Part shown: positions 63,445 to 64,000 of the stretch, piece after piece | Layout of the letters: the number at the start of each line of letters is the position of its first letter | Numbering within the stretch: position 1 is the first letter of the stretch | The notes under the pieces: model-generated | The model's input: only the letters and a program-made list of their open reading frames with translations | Databases searched by the model: none | Told to the model about the DNA's origin: nothing | Position numbers and translations under genes: made by a program | DNA from: Lama glama | Taxonomy: Eukaryota | Direction of reading: 5' to 3' | DNA: 64,000 nucleotides | Assembly: GCA_028534125.1 (NCBI GenBank) | Contig: CM052816.1 | Coordinates: forward strand, 85,438,001 to 85,502,000

Positions 63445-63960
63445 TATTTTATTAGTTTCCTCTTGTCAAGCTGTGATAAACTTGCTGACTTAAAATGAAA
63501 TAGATTTGTTGTCTTACAGTTCTGGAGGTCAGAAGTCAGAAAGGGCCCTCACTGGGCTAAAATCAAGGTGTCCGCAGAGACTCAAGCCTTTCTGGAGACT
63601 CTAGAGAAGAATTCATTTCCTTGCTTTTTATAGCTTCTAGACACTGTCCACATTCCTTCACCATAAACCATTGTCTTTCAAGTCAGCAGTGACCAGGCCT
63701 GTACTTCTCATGATGCCATCTGTTTTCTTCTTCTGACTCTTCTACCACCCTTTTCCTCACTTAAGGACCTTTTGGTTACATTGGGTCAAGGGACAAATCC
63801 AAATAATCTCTTTAATTTATAGTCAGATTATTAGCAACTTTAATTCCACCTGTAACCTTAATTTCCTTTTGCCATAAAACATAACATGTTTACAGATTCC
63901 AGAGATTAGTACATGGACATCTTTGTGGCGGGGGTGGGGGGGTCATTTTGTCTACTGTAT
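63445..63960 (-). mobile_element. MaLR LTR (MLT1C/D/E-like)
   Basis: 'tcttacagttctggaggtcagaagtc...ctcactgggctaaaatcaaggtgtc...ggacatctttg'. Confidence 0.85.
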
Positions 63961-64000
63961 CTATAAGTAGATAGTATAAACATCAATTATGAACTGGCCA

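Noticed and set aside
1..64000. CRISPR arrays, operons, prokaryotic defence systems, casein or other known gene exons
   Set aside because: This is mammalian repeat-rich DNA. I found no repeat-spacer arrays and no peptide matching a gene I recognise.

Overview
Strongly AT-rich, CpG-poor mammalian genomic DNA, most likely camelid. The basis is five copies of a short tRNA-derived SINE of the Vic-1/camelid type and artiodactyl-style L1 3' ends. Roughly half the window is recognisable transposon debris: old and young L1, L2, MIR, MaLR/ERV solo LTRs, and hAT and Tigger DNA elements. A 500-N scaffold gap lies at 34788-35287. I recognise no protein-coding gene, RNA gene or CpG island, so this looks like a gene desert or a large intron. 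The only homology-supported coding sequence is a decayed, 5'-truncated L1 ORF2 (43448-45944). I found no convincing novel biological system. The best leads are a TSD-bounded chimeric L1 insertion, several nested insertions, unverified exon-like segments on both strands and a few dense TF-motif clusters. Repeat subfamily names come from remembered consensus sequences, and boundaries of old elements are approximate.
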